A stretch of 64,000 nt of DNA from Tubiluchus corallicola (lineage: Eukaryota; Animalia; Priapulida): the NCBI GenBank assembly GCA_030141605.1, contig JAQGDQ010000217.1:124001-188000 (forward strand), in the 5' to 3' direction. Both the position numbers and the translations under genes were made by a program. Position 1 is the stretch's first letter, and every line of letters begins with the position of its first letter. Below, one piece after another: positions 1 through 10,900 of the stretch. The notes below the pieces were generated by a model, which was not told the origin of the DNA, searched no databases, and saw only the letters and a program-made list of their open reading frames with translations.

Positions 1-526
1 ATAATATACATAACAAATTGAAACAAGTTTAGGCTTCTCTTTTGAAGTACGGGCGTTACCAAAAATGAAACGGAAAAATATTTAGTCTTAAAATGCAGTT
101 TCTTAATGGCCATAACAGTTTGATCAATGAAATTTTTAACAGTGATTTAACTTTTTAATCTGTAAATAGTTTTATCGTAGTAATACTTTGTGTGAAAGTG
201 TAATGCAGTGGTTTCTTTTGTACAGATGTAGCAGTTTTTTAATGTACATGTGTGTTGATACGGGTTTTTACTTGGATTAAAGTGCATCTTATCTCATCAT
301 ATCTAGATAAATATCTAACAAAAACCCAAAAAAATTTACCATCAGTTGAACAAATAAGAAATTTCATTCCCAGAAAGAGAAAAAACCCAAAGATTTGTAA
401 AACTGCTACCCTTAGTTAGAAATGTATCTGAAGTAAATATAAACGTAAGAATTAAGCGCTCACTGTAATAATGTAACACTGCCAAATAGAATTATGAGTT
501 CATGTTACCAAAAACAACATGCATAC

Positions 527-733
527 CAAACTGCTTGATGTTTTAGTAGCTCTTTTATTCGCTGATGAGAATAATTTATTCGTTTTCGATGAAATCTTTT
601 TCTCTGGCGTTTGTATTCTTTCAGTGGAACTTGGTTTTTGTCTGCTGGCTGTTGCGTTTTGCTTATCGAATGGCAACAACATCGATGGTCCAGTGTCCCG
701 CTTATACCTACTCCTTCTGTTTTTGAACCATGT
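527..733 (-). CDS. Homeobox gene exon, recognition helix (residue 47 onward) plus basic/Ser-rich tail
   Basis: tttttcag acceptor then TWFKNRRSRYKRDTGPSMLLPFDKQ...TSSSL; GTATGC donor. Confidence 0.85.
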
Positions 734-3700
734 CTGAAAAAATTAGGTGATTAATATTGTTCTCCTTTTTGTTAAATAATATGATATTTATTCAGTGTTT
801 ACCATATGAGCTTATGGGCAATCAAATTATTGTAAACATCGTTTACAGTGGGGCTACTATGCATGCGTTTCTCTCTTTCACTTTTGACTGCTGTCCTGAT
901 CAGTTCTCTGTTGCTGTTTGTGAATATGTGTAAAAACATTAATTTATATGTTTTATCGGTGTTAGGAGAGATATTATACAATTGCGGACATTTGTTAAAC
1001 CAGTGATCTCATAGGAAGAACCCATTCAAACTGTCAAGACATTTTCAGCAATTCTAGACAAATATTTTTAAAGTTGTAATATCTGGGGGCTTAAAATATG
1101 ACAACAAACAGAGAACGTATAAAGTGTGCATTTAATATAAGAGAGTTTCTAATGAAACAAAAGAAAATTTTGACTTTTAATACAATGTACTCTGCTTAAT
1201 AAATCAACCTTGGTGAGCAGACCTAACCAAGGTTTAAATACATTTAAAAAGTAGTTGGATTTGTAAACTGATGAAGCCTATTAAGTATTGTTTTCCATGT
1301 TACTATACTGAGTATTGTTTATTAAATGAAGCCAAGACTTTTAACACTCAGTAAACTGTTTGCAAAACGTTCTTAAGTAAAGTACAATAATTTATTAGCG
1401 TTCGTATAATTAAAGTAACTCACATAAAACACGTGACTTATCTATGATCTATTACGTTTTACATCTGATAACTTGATAGCCAAGTTAAAATTAGGCAGAT
1501 ATTAACGTTCTAGCAAACAACTGTTTACAGCAACAATTAGCATGTCAGTTTAATCTAATAATGTATGTAAAATGAGCAAGCAAGACCATAAAATGCTCGA
1601 GACATGTCCAGTGTGGTCTGTTTTAGCGAATTTTTTTCGAAAATGCATTTCGAGTTCGATGAAGTGTAGCATGTTTGAATAGTCACTGTTCTGCAGTCCA
1701 CAGTGCAGTGTTTCCAGGGCATCCCATTTCAGCAGTTTTCATACAGTAATTTCTGGTTTGTCGTTGTCGTCACCGCCATCTTGTTGTTCAGAATCATTAA
1801 GTGAAAAAATGCAAAGCTGTAAAACGTTTAGAATAAAGATGCTACTATGCTGGACAATTGTGTGGTCTGATGTTTCAATTCTCTAGGCTACGCAGCATGC
1901 AAGACGGATTCTTAAAGCGATGTTTGAGTTTAATAAATGGCGGATTTTACTAGGTTAAAGTATTACACAGTTCCACTCCAGCAATAGTGGCCATAAGCAG
2001 GTGAATTTATTATCTGTAGATATATTAAGCAGATTCTACTATAACTGTAATGGCAATAAAAGCTTGTGATGCTCAAAGATTGTTCGAGTTGAGGACAGGT
2101 TACCTGAGGTAATAGGTCTTTAGATTTAAAGTTTGGGTCAAGACCCAAATTACCATGTCCAAATCTCAGTTGAACTGCAAATCCAGATGGTCAGATGTGC
2201 GTCAAAGGTTTGATTCATCTTCGGAATGTATGATGAAGCAGGCAAATGTAGAAGCTCCCCGGATTTATGGCCGAATGTATACAGTGGTGGACTGGCCCAC
2301 CGGAATACCGGGAAATTTCCCGGTGGGCCCCTAAGTGATGGAACATCACTTTAGAAATAGCCGAGAAAAGTAAAAGCTAAAGAAAAAGAAAAATTTTGTG
2401 TAGATTGTGGCTGACAGGCAAACTCAGGGACAGACAGCCTGTCTGCCTTGCACATGCTCGCTAATATGTCTGGTAGGATAATTTTCATTTGACGATATAA
2501 TCACAGCAGTACTTCACCAGTCCACCTTATATTGTGCCTAATGAGCAAGTTACAATTATATTGATGTTTTAATTAATGAAGCGGCAACTCCCAAGAATGA
2601 GTTTAAACGATTCAAAACTCACTACAATTCCTATGCAGTCTGACACATGCAACCAAATATATCTGCAAAAATAAGACGAAAGGACAAAAACAATTTTGGG
2701 TAGGTAAAACACTAAGGCTAAAGCAGATGAAAAACGGGTAACCAACGAAAAACATTTGATGAAATCATGCTACAATAAACGTACTTTAATTGTAGAATAA
2801 TTGACAGTATAAGTATATATACAGGTATCTGCATAATCGGCTTAATGTCTAACGAAATCATAAAAAAATCTAACTTGTTTTACTATTCACAGTTGTGTTC
2901 TTTGCATTCACAATTTACTATTCAAAGAAATCCCATTATTTAATCAATTCTTAAATGTAGGATAAACCATTTGCATTAACAACTACATTTTTGGTAGGCC
3001 ACTACAAGAAGGAATACATGTTTTAGCAAAAGTCAACAAAAGACCACAGCATGAACATCTCCTACAGGTAATAATCTAGCTTACCTTGTTATGAGGCTGA
3101 ATAAAACAGTAAAATATGTAAAAGCATTCTGTTCACACATTACCCAAGACTATTCTAAGATCATTTTCACCTCATTGGGAGTGCGTTTAAACTTAAACTG
3201 CATAAACTAAAAAGCTGTGTACACAATAAAAAATTCAAACTTACATTAACCCTGTCATATGTTTGTCCAGTTTTAATGGCGATAATTTGTTTCGTTGCGG
3301 TTGCTGGATATTTGTCATTAGTAAAAATCTGCTCCATCAAATCTTTCTGCTCCTATAAGAAACACAAAAGCGATTATAGTAATAAACTTGAAAATATCTA
3401 AGCCTACAAGAAACGTGAAAACAATTATAATAAACTTTGGAAACTTTTATCGAAAAATGTATTTGAACTTGAGGTTTACTTATAAGAAATTGATAATAAC
3501 TTCATAAACTAGCTTAGCAGGAAAGAACCTATGGTACAACTAACCCGGTTACTTGTGCACTGAAGACACTAATTTAACCTATAATTTACTGCAGTCGAAA
3601 GGTTGCATTACGCTTAAACCTTAGTGGGTATTGTTTGATTTGGTCTTACCTGAGATTCAATTTAATTATGCTGTAGAAACAGACTAGTCAAAGAATAAAC

Positions 3701-4593
3701 AGTAACGAATTGTATAAAGTGGCCACATAATAACAAAATCAATTTAACTCACATTTGGATTTTTTCGCTACTGTAATTTAGCTACACTGGAAATTTAGTT
3801 TCACAAGCAAATGGTATCAAATCACAATAAACAGTTCATAATTTAGTTTAACACTTCAAGATCATAATTTTAAGCACAAGCACTACACATTAAAGCATAA
3901 TATTAGATTTAAATCAGGTTAGCAAATCTTCTAATAATTTATAGAAAATAGTCTTATATTATGAATGAAAAAAGCCTGCAAGAGGCAGACGGCACCTGCT
4001 TTGTCAAGTATCTGCTAAGAAAGTAGTCAAAGGTAATAGGTATGCTTCAGTTTTATACTCAAGATTATTCATATATCAAATGAAAAATGCATGGTTACTC
4101 GTGTATACGATACAGGCGGCCTTAAGTATACGATCTAAATCAAATGAAGTTGACATTGAAGCTAGGCAGTGCACGTAGGGCAAGTTTAAGTAGTATTTTC
4201 ACGCATCCATTATTTTAATTCTAAGAAAGAGGATTTTATAGTATGTGTGCAAGAATTTTCCAATTATTAATTCTACTGATCCAGAAAAGGACAGATTTTC
4301 CGACAACTTTTGGAACTCGTCAGGCACAAAAACGTGACACTTCATTTACATATAGCACTGAGTGTGAAAAAAAAATCTTGCAACTGTCAACATTTGAAAC
4401 AAGTGTGCATCATGAATCCTAAAAGATAAGTATTCTCAATACAGAGCCTTACTGCAGTGTAATCATACGGCTTTCGACGAACACGTTTCGTATTTGTAGA
4501 AAGTGGTCTTTCTGCTGCACTTGAAACTGTTGCATTTGCTACTTTTGCAGTCAAAGATGTTGATGAGGCAACAGATGTGTCAGACGACTCCAT
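527..4593 (-). CDS. Divergent K50 homeobox gene (coding exons 4593-4453, 3352-3245, 733-527; 3' end uncertain)
   Basis: Three exons with canonical AG/GT phase-0 junctions splice into a correctly spaced 60-aa homeodomain VRRKPYDYTA|EQKDLMEQIFTNDKYPATATKQIIAIKTGQTYDRVN|TWFKNRRSRYKRDT (Y8, Q12, F20, Y25-P26, W48-F49-K50-N51-R52-R53). ATG at 4593, acceptor at 4602-4603. The exon at 733 may end at the GTATGC donor (526) or read on to the stop at 500. Confidence 0.88.
1590..1800 (-). mobile_element. Possible decayed Tigger/pogo-like transposase C-terminal fragment
   Basis: Acidic stretch NDSEQQDGGDDNDKPE, then WDALETLHCGLQ...F.ELE and, in another frame, KQTTLD, resembling Tigger/CENP-B-like C-termini; contains a stop and a frameshift. 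Confidence 0.3.
2282..2530 (+). mobile_element. hAT-like left end / short MITE
   Basis: TIR CAGTGGTGGACTGG at 2282-2295, subterminal palindrome and GGGCCCC; partial inverted copy CCAGTCCACC at 2517-2526. Confidence 0.5.
3245..3352 (-). CDS. Homeobox gene exon, homeodomain residues 11-46
   Basis: 108 nt, ttcttatag acceptor and GTAAGT donor; EQKDLMEQIFTNDKYPATATKQIIAIKTGQTYDRVN. Confidence 0.88.
4453..4593 (-). CDS. Homeobox gene first coding exon (Ser/Thr-rich N-terminus plus homeodomain residues 1-10)
   Basis: 47 codons MESSDTSVAS...KRVRRKPYDYTA, followed by GTAAGG donor. Confidence 0.8.
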
Positions 4594-5589
4594 GAATTTG
4601 ACTAAATTGTAATTTACAAATTGTTTCGATCACTATTAACAAACAGAAAATAAAAAATAATTACAAAATGCTTTTTAAGGCAAATTTAATACTTAAGATT
4701 AAGATTATTGACAAGATTGGTAAAAATAAATGAAAGTCCCATAATTAAAAAGAAGAAAGACAGTTCAGAGAAGACAATGTTTCAAAGCATTTGCCTATTT
4801 TAACTTGTTTTTAATCGTGGGATTTCTCATTAAGTTTTTTAGCACTGACCAGCAGCAACTCCGATACAAGCTGCCTACTTTCTTATTTGTATGCCAGTCA
4901 AATAAAACTCATTCTAAAATTGTCATAACAATTTTCATTAATATCTATCCAGACTGCGACAGCATGTGTTAGGATTACCAAGGTGCAGTAGGGTAAATAT
5001 GTGATTATATGTATGACGCTGATGTAAATCTACTTTAATATTACGCCAGCACAAAATTATAGGACAGCCAACTATGTTGAACATGTTCCTTGTATGACGA
5101 AGGTAGCCGAAATAATGTATAATAATGATTTAATATTAGTATGTTATATTTGTATAAATATTTACAGCAGTATTAATTTTATGACCAGGATGTTAGAGAC
5201 AATATTATAAACATTTACAATAAAATAATGAAATTCTAAACTTTCCATTCATTTGTTATATTCCTAGACAATTTTTTTGTAAAGACAATGTATGCTTAGC
5301 AAAGCAGAAACGGCACTTCTATTTTCAGAAGAGAGGTGGGGTCCGTAGCTTTCAAAAAATGCTTTACTTTTTTTATTAGATATAACTACACAAATTTCAA
5401 ATATTTTCACCCCATATATTAATTTAATTCAATTTTGAAATTCAATAAACAGTGGCTTTTGTGTACAAAAATATCCTAGTCATTTGTATGTATACTTGCC
5501 CAATACTTAATTTATTTCTAAAGATAATGTTAGACACTATGTTAATACATAATATTAATTTTACAGTTGCCACAAAATTCACAAAACAT

Positions 5590-6693
5590 ATGTTTGGCAG
5601 TCAAGATGGATCAAGGTAGTGTCCCACCAAACCTAATGTTATCCTTAGCGAACGTGTACACGAAAAATCTCGTGAGTTTAACAAGGTAACAGCGCAGGGT
5701 TATGTTAACGCAACTTGCACCTACACACAAGTGATTTAGATACGTTTACTGCATGGGGTTTGGTAGATTCAGCAACAACAAAGTTGACAGAACAGACAAA
5801 AGCAATTGATAACATTCCCAGCAATACGTTGGAATTTGTAAATAAATGTAATGACAAGATTTCACAGATGAAAATCAAACATAGGAAATCGATACTTTGA
5901 AAACAGCGTTGCTTGTTAAGAGACAGAGGAAGAAGAAAAGAATGGCAGATGGGCTTGTTAATGATGAAGGAAATACCCCAGATTCTCTGGCTGATTTTCG
6001 AGTAAATGTGTTTAACCTAATAATGGATCGTGTTTTCCAATCACTAGAATCACGATATGTACAGCACAAACAGTTGCATAAAGATTTGTCTGCTTAGACC
6101 CAGCAAAGTTTAACACTACTGCAGAAAAGGGCCTTGAAGACAAAGCATTGGAATGTATTATGAAGTTGTTTCCACAAATCAGAAAGGAGCAAGTAAAACA
6201 GGAATTTTCTTTTGCTTCAAACTTTGATGTATTAAAACTATTGTTTAATGATGGTGAGAATTATATAGGTTGCAATTATAGAGGAATAAAAATGGGCAAT
6301 TCCACATTTCCATATTGTCCCAGGATTTGCAAAAATACTGTCACGACTTTGTGGCAAGATTTTTTGTGCTATAGATTAGATATATTATATTATAAATAAT
6401 TTATTTATATTTAAATAATAATAATAAAATAAATAAATACTATATAAAGTACACAACACACATCTACCAAAAATTTATTTAAAAATTCAACCATAACATT
6501 CTGTATTTACATTTGGCATTACTGTACATCGCTAGTAATATCGTAATGCAAACTTTCAATTGCACCTTTTGGTTTTCACATGCATTTTTTGAAAATTTTA
6601 TTTATTCATAATAAAATAAATGATAGCATTGTAGTGTGGAAGGGCCCCCTTTGTCTCTTGGCAACCAATATTTTTAGACCCAGTCCACCACTG
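5590..6693 (+). mobile_element. Decayed hAT (ZMYM1-like) transposase fragment with right TIR
   Basis: Broken ORFs 5715-5900, 5897-6097 and 6148-6399 with hAT-like segments (LHTSDLDTFTAWGLV; RQRKKKRMAD...FRVNVFNLIMDRVFQSLESRY...DLS..DP.KF); right TIR CCAGTCCACCACTG at 6680-6693 is the exact reverse complement of 2282-2295; left boundary approximate. Confidence 0.7.
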
Positions 6694-6747
6694 ACTGCCA
6701 TGCTGGCACTCATGTCCACCACTGACTGCCATGCTGGCACTCATGTC
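6683..6747. repeat. 31-bp tandem duplication spanning the hAT right end and its flank
   Basis: GTCCACCACTGACTGCCATGCTGGCACTCAT at 6683-6713 and 6714-6744. Confidence 0.9.
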
Positions 6748-7205
6748 TTTCTATTTACTGCCAATCTAGATATGGATCCGTATTTTCTAGTTGATGCCTT
6801 TCGGAACACGGATTCGTATTTTTTAAGGCTTTACGGCTTTTCTGGGTATGCATCCTTACCATTTGTATCTGTGCACTGGGCCTTAAGATATGTTAATCTG
6901 AATCATATTGATTTTAAATGCTACAACATTGCTCAATCTTTAAGGTAAAAAAAACTTAGTGTCAAGCCCTGGACTGGTACAGTCCTGTTGGAATTGCATA
7001 AAAAAACGAACTTATTTCACTTCAAAGATTAGTGTCGAAGCCAAATTTAATATTGCTCATTCGACTAGCTCTAGAATAAGCTTCTTTTATAATATCAGAT
7101 GTATAATAAATTGTATGATGTATTGACATTAAATTATTATTAAATAAACAAGGACAACAGACGCTGCCACTACGGATAATGATTCAATTCGGGACCTGTC
7201 TTTTT

Positions 7206-7317
7206 GTCCTACTTGGGCAGCCCATGTACGACGCATCCTACTTCGGCTAACCCATGAACGACGCGTCCTACTTGGGTTAGCTCATCTACGGCAATTGTCC
7301 TACTTCGGCTAGTCTCC
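7206..7317. repeat. Degenerate ~30-bp tandem repeat (about 4 units)
   Basis: Recurrent TCCTACTT(G/C)GG...CAT..ACG(A/G)C units; probably transposon subterminal repeats. Confidence 0.7.
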
Positions 7318-7608
7318 TACACCGCTTTCGACAACAGAGATAACCTTTAAACGCAGCACTGAGCAAAAATGCGATTATTCGCTTTCCGTCAAGGTTCCCG
7401 TATCCCTCAACCAGATCAGTATTTGTTCGCCCTATGCAACAGAAGCCCATCTATGATAAGTAAAATAATTTCAAACAATTAACAGTTAGCTACAGTGAAA
7501 CTTGTTAATGTCGAAATATAAGAAATGTTTTTCGGTTGGAAAGAAAACAAAAAACCCGTTTTAGATTAACTTATGGTGAAAATACAAAAACACAAACGTC
7601 AAACTTAC

Positions 7609-7984
7609 AAGGTACAGACCACGATGGCACAGCTTGTCAGCTTGAAGAGCGAGCTCACGCAGCTTAGACGCACGTGTTCACAAAACGCGCCAAAAATGTG
7701 CGCAATTCCATGTTAATAAAATCACTTTTTTGTAACTGTTTTCGTTTATTGCAATTTGTTGTCTATTTTAGTACTTTTGCACAACAAAAATATTTATTTC
7801 TATATAGCAAGAAAAGAATAAGAAAATTACTAAACTATGGCCACTTTTTTATTAATTTCTAGCTTGTAACTTTCCCTAAGGATGGCAGCACTATTCCGCA
7901 CCATTTTAGAGGCTTTCGGTGATAAAAAATGTTGTTTTTATCATTTGTGATATTAAATTAAGGGGTTCACTTTTGTGACAAAAA
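7609..7984. promoter_or_regulatory. Putative bidirectional promoter / 5' ends of the homeobox gene (-) and RTF1 (+)
   Basis: Locally CpG-rich; minus-strand GTAAGT donor at 7608-7603 suggests a non-coding first exon; RTF1 ATG at 7985. Confidence 0.5.
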
Positions 7985-10900
7985 ATGGTGAAACGAAAGA
8001 ATACAAGTAGAATATTCGTTGACTCCGACTCTTCGGACAGCGAAAGTGGAGCTGATCTTGAAGAAGTAGGCTTAAGTTGTTTACTTGCAGTTCATGTTAT
8101 GTTAAGATTAATCAAAAATTAGTTTCGTCAGTGTTAGAGCCACATCATCGTGAACTCTTTTTTACAGTGTTTGTGAGAAAATTTCCATTGTGATAAACAT
8201 CTCCTTTTTTGTTGTTGGAGCATCTGTGGGAACATTTTGTCGATAGACATTGACTTATAAATTTTTTTATAATTATGTAGATGTGGAAATGGGATAGTAT
8301 TACTTATTAATTAGTAATAGTAGTAGTAATTATTTCAGGACACTATTACGCTTTCGCATCTCCTAGTTTTTTCTAGGCTTGTCGGTCATTGTTCTGTATC
8401 CTATGTCATCAGCGAACTTTCCAGTAATCCCGTGATAATTTAATGCTGTGCTTAGTCGTGCCATCATTCAGTCAGCCATGGATCAACAGTGCACATAAAC
8501 GAAAAACCCAGCTTAAGGATAGATCATATTCTACTAGTAAGAGCATTGACAGTGTTCATACTGAGCAGAAATTTTTTTGTTTTGAAGATAATTGCCGTGC
8601 ACATTGGGCTTACATCTATTAGGGGTAGGACAAAGCTTAAATTTCCAAAGACGAACCAAATCTAAATCTTTAACTCAAAATTTTCAATACCAGATTGAAT
8701 CCAAATCTTGTAACTTAATGCCAGTTAGGTTTTTCATCTTAGGATCAGCGTAGTGTTAGTTACAATGGATAAGTTTTGTTGAAACATAATGGTCTTGCTG
8801 AACACAGTATAATTATAAGTTTTTTATTTCAGATTTAGTTTTTGTTTTAGTTCATGTTCAGCTTTCTTTGTTCTCCTTGTATTGCCATCTAGAAAATACT
8901 GCTATTGCTATGAAAAATATGCATGGCGCCATGTACAAAGAATTCAGAAAAATTTTGAGATATTACAAGAGGCAATTGTGATTGTTTCTGTAGTTGTAGC
9001 TTGCAATACAAATCATTTTTTATTTTGGCCAATTTTATATACGTTTATAAAAAACATTATTTTTGAATGAGGCAAGTACAGATAAGCTGTATGTGTACAT
9101 AACATGTGCTTATATATCGCAATCTTTAATTGCTGTTGTTATAAATATGTACTGTACAGAGTACACCAGTTTTTTCGAATGTTACCACAAAGTATTTAAT
9201 AGCTACTTTTGGTCTTTCTAGCTCTTTTTCAAGTGATTGTTATATTATTTTACTACTATACTCAATGATCTAACAAAAGATTTTTCTTTTTATTTATATA
9301 CAGGAATTAAGGACACTGACGAAAAAGCGAAAAAAGGCAGAGCCAGAAGTGAAAAATACCAAACAGCAGCCAGATTCAGATTCTGGAACCTCAGACAGTG
9401 ATGATGATGTATGTTTATTAAATTTCTCTTCATATATACTTAGTGTACGTATGACAGTACTTAGCAAAATCACATTAATGCTACATTGTCATTCATCACC
9501 TGCTCTGGCAGAGAATGTTCCAGTCAAAAATTTGCTGTGAAAAACGTACTTTATTTTTACAAATCAAATTACTGTTCTTGATTATTTTATTAAAGTGCCT
9601 TTATAACTGATTTTCCTTCAGTGGACAGTTGGTAGCAGAGGCTCCACTAAGAAAAAGAAAATCAAGAAACCAACGAAGAAACCGGCTGTTCAACCTGAAA
9701 GTGAAAGTGAGGGTGAGATTGTAAGCGACAAAGCAGATAGTTCCGGTCCAGAAGAAGGTAGGTGTTAGCACATTATTAGCAGGTAGCTTTACTTTAAGTT
9801 GTGATGTTCTGGCAAGATTGGCATTGTCCACTCCAGATCGAAATTTATTCCAGTCCAAAATTGCCCACTCCATCGGTTTTTGCACAGTTCTTCTAACTTT
9901 GCTTTACAAATCCATTTGCTGCCAAGTGGGTTGACCAGTGTGGACAGGCTGAAGAAAAAGACGGTTAAGAAAATTTTGGTTTCGTATTAAGTTTTTATAT
10001 CGGTCTTCTTTTCATATGTGTTGGGAGAACAGGCATTAGATGGAGGTAATGCCTGATCACATAATAAGCTACTTTGGCCGTAAAAAGTAATTATATTACT
10101 ATCATAGACACTCATAACAATCAAATAACTTGGCCATTAAACTTTATAATGAATTGCAAATACATACTGCACATCAATAACAATAAATAAAAACACTGTT
10201 AGCATAAATAGACTAACATAATCACGTTTTACCGTATATAGAGCACAGATTAAAAACCATTTCAAACATTATCACACAGTAGAGCACATTTCATTACATA
10301 ATCCAATCAGTTAAACATTTCATACATGGTCATACAACTGCAAAGAAAAAACCATTATCATTAAAGAAAAAGCCGTCATTAGCTATAAAGAAAAATATCA
10401 TTAGTCTTAGTATATACAAAGCTAACGTGAACTCTATAGACTATCAAAGAGAAACAAGTTTACCAGGCATTTTTATGAGAATACTGTAGAAAATGAATCA
10501 GTTAAAGTAGCTTAAATAGATAACTTAGCAAATCGTCTAGTGAGTTGAAACCTTATTCATTATTAATAAGTAAAAAACTCCAAATTGACAGTACCTCTGC
10601 CATTCTCATCTTAATGAAACATTGTTGAAATCAGTGAGATTCGGGTCTCACCAAATGCATTTGCATTAAGTTGACCCTGCCATTGCAGAACACTGTTTTG
10701 CAGAATGCCGAACTATATAAAGAATGATGTATGAAATGGAAGAGTATATTAAATGGGTGATTTCTGAACTTGCCCTGATGTGCAATTCTACCACATTGAA
10801 TTTACCAGAGCTTAGCTAAACAATAATAACTTTAACACACAATTAAAGCAATTGTTCACAATGTTAGGCCTTCTATTGTTAACAAGTCAAGATGTTTTGG

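Noticed and set aside
561-600. CTGATGA plus hairpin resembling a hammerhead
   Set aside because: No GAAA after stem II; it is the antisense of a coding exon.
799-981. 60-aa minus-strand ORF adjacent to the WFKNRR exon
   Set aside because: No homeodomain similarity and no in-phase donor; the exon at 3245-3352 supplies the correct residues.
1268-1290. CTGATGAAGCC hammerhead-like start
   Set aside because: No stem II closure or GAAAC downstream.
4300-4440. PHD-finger-like C/H pattern on the minus strand (KC.SCKIFFHTQC)
   Set aside because: Needs frameshifts, is incomplete, and lies in the homeobox intron after a strong donor.
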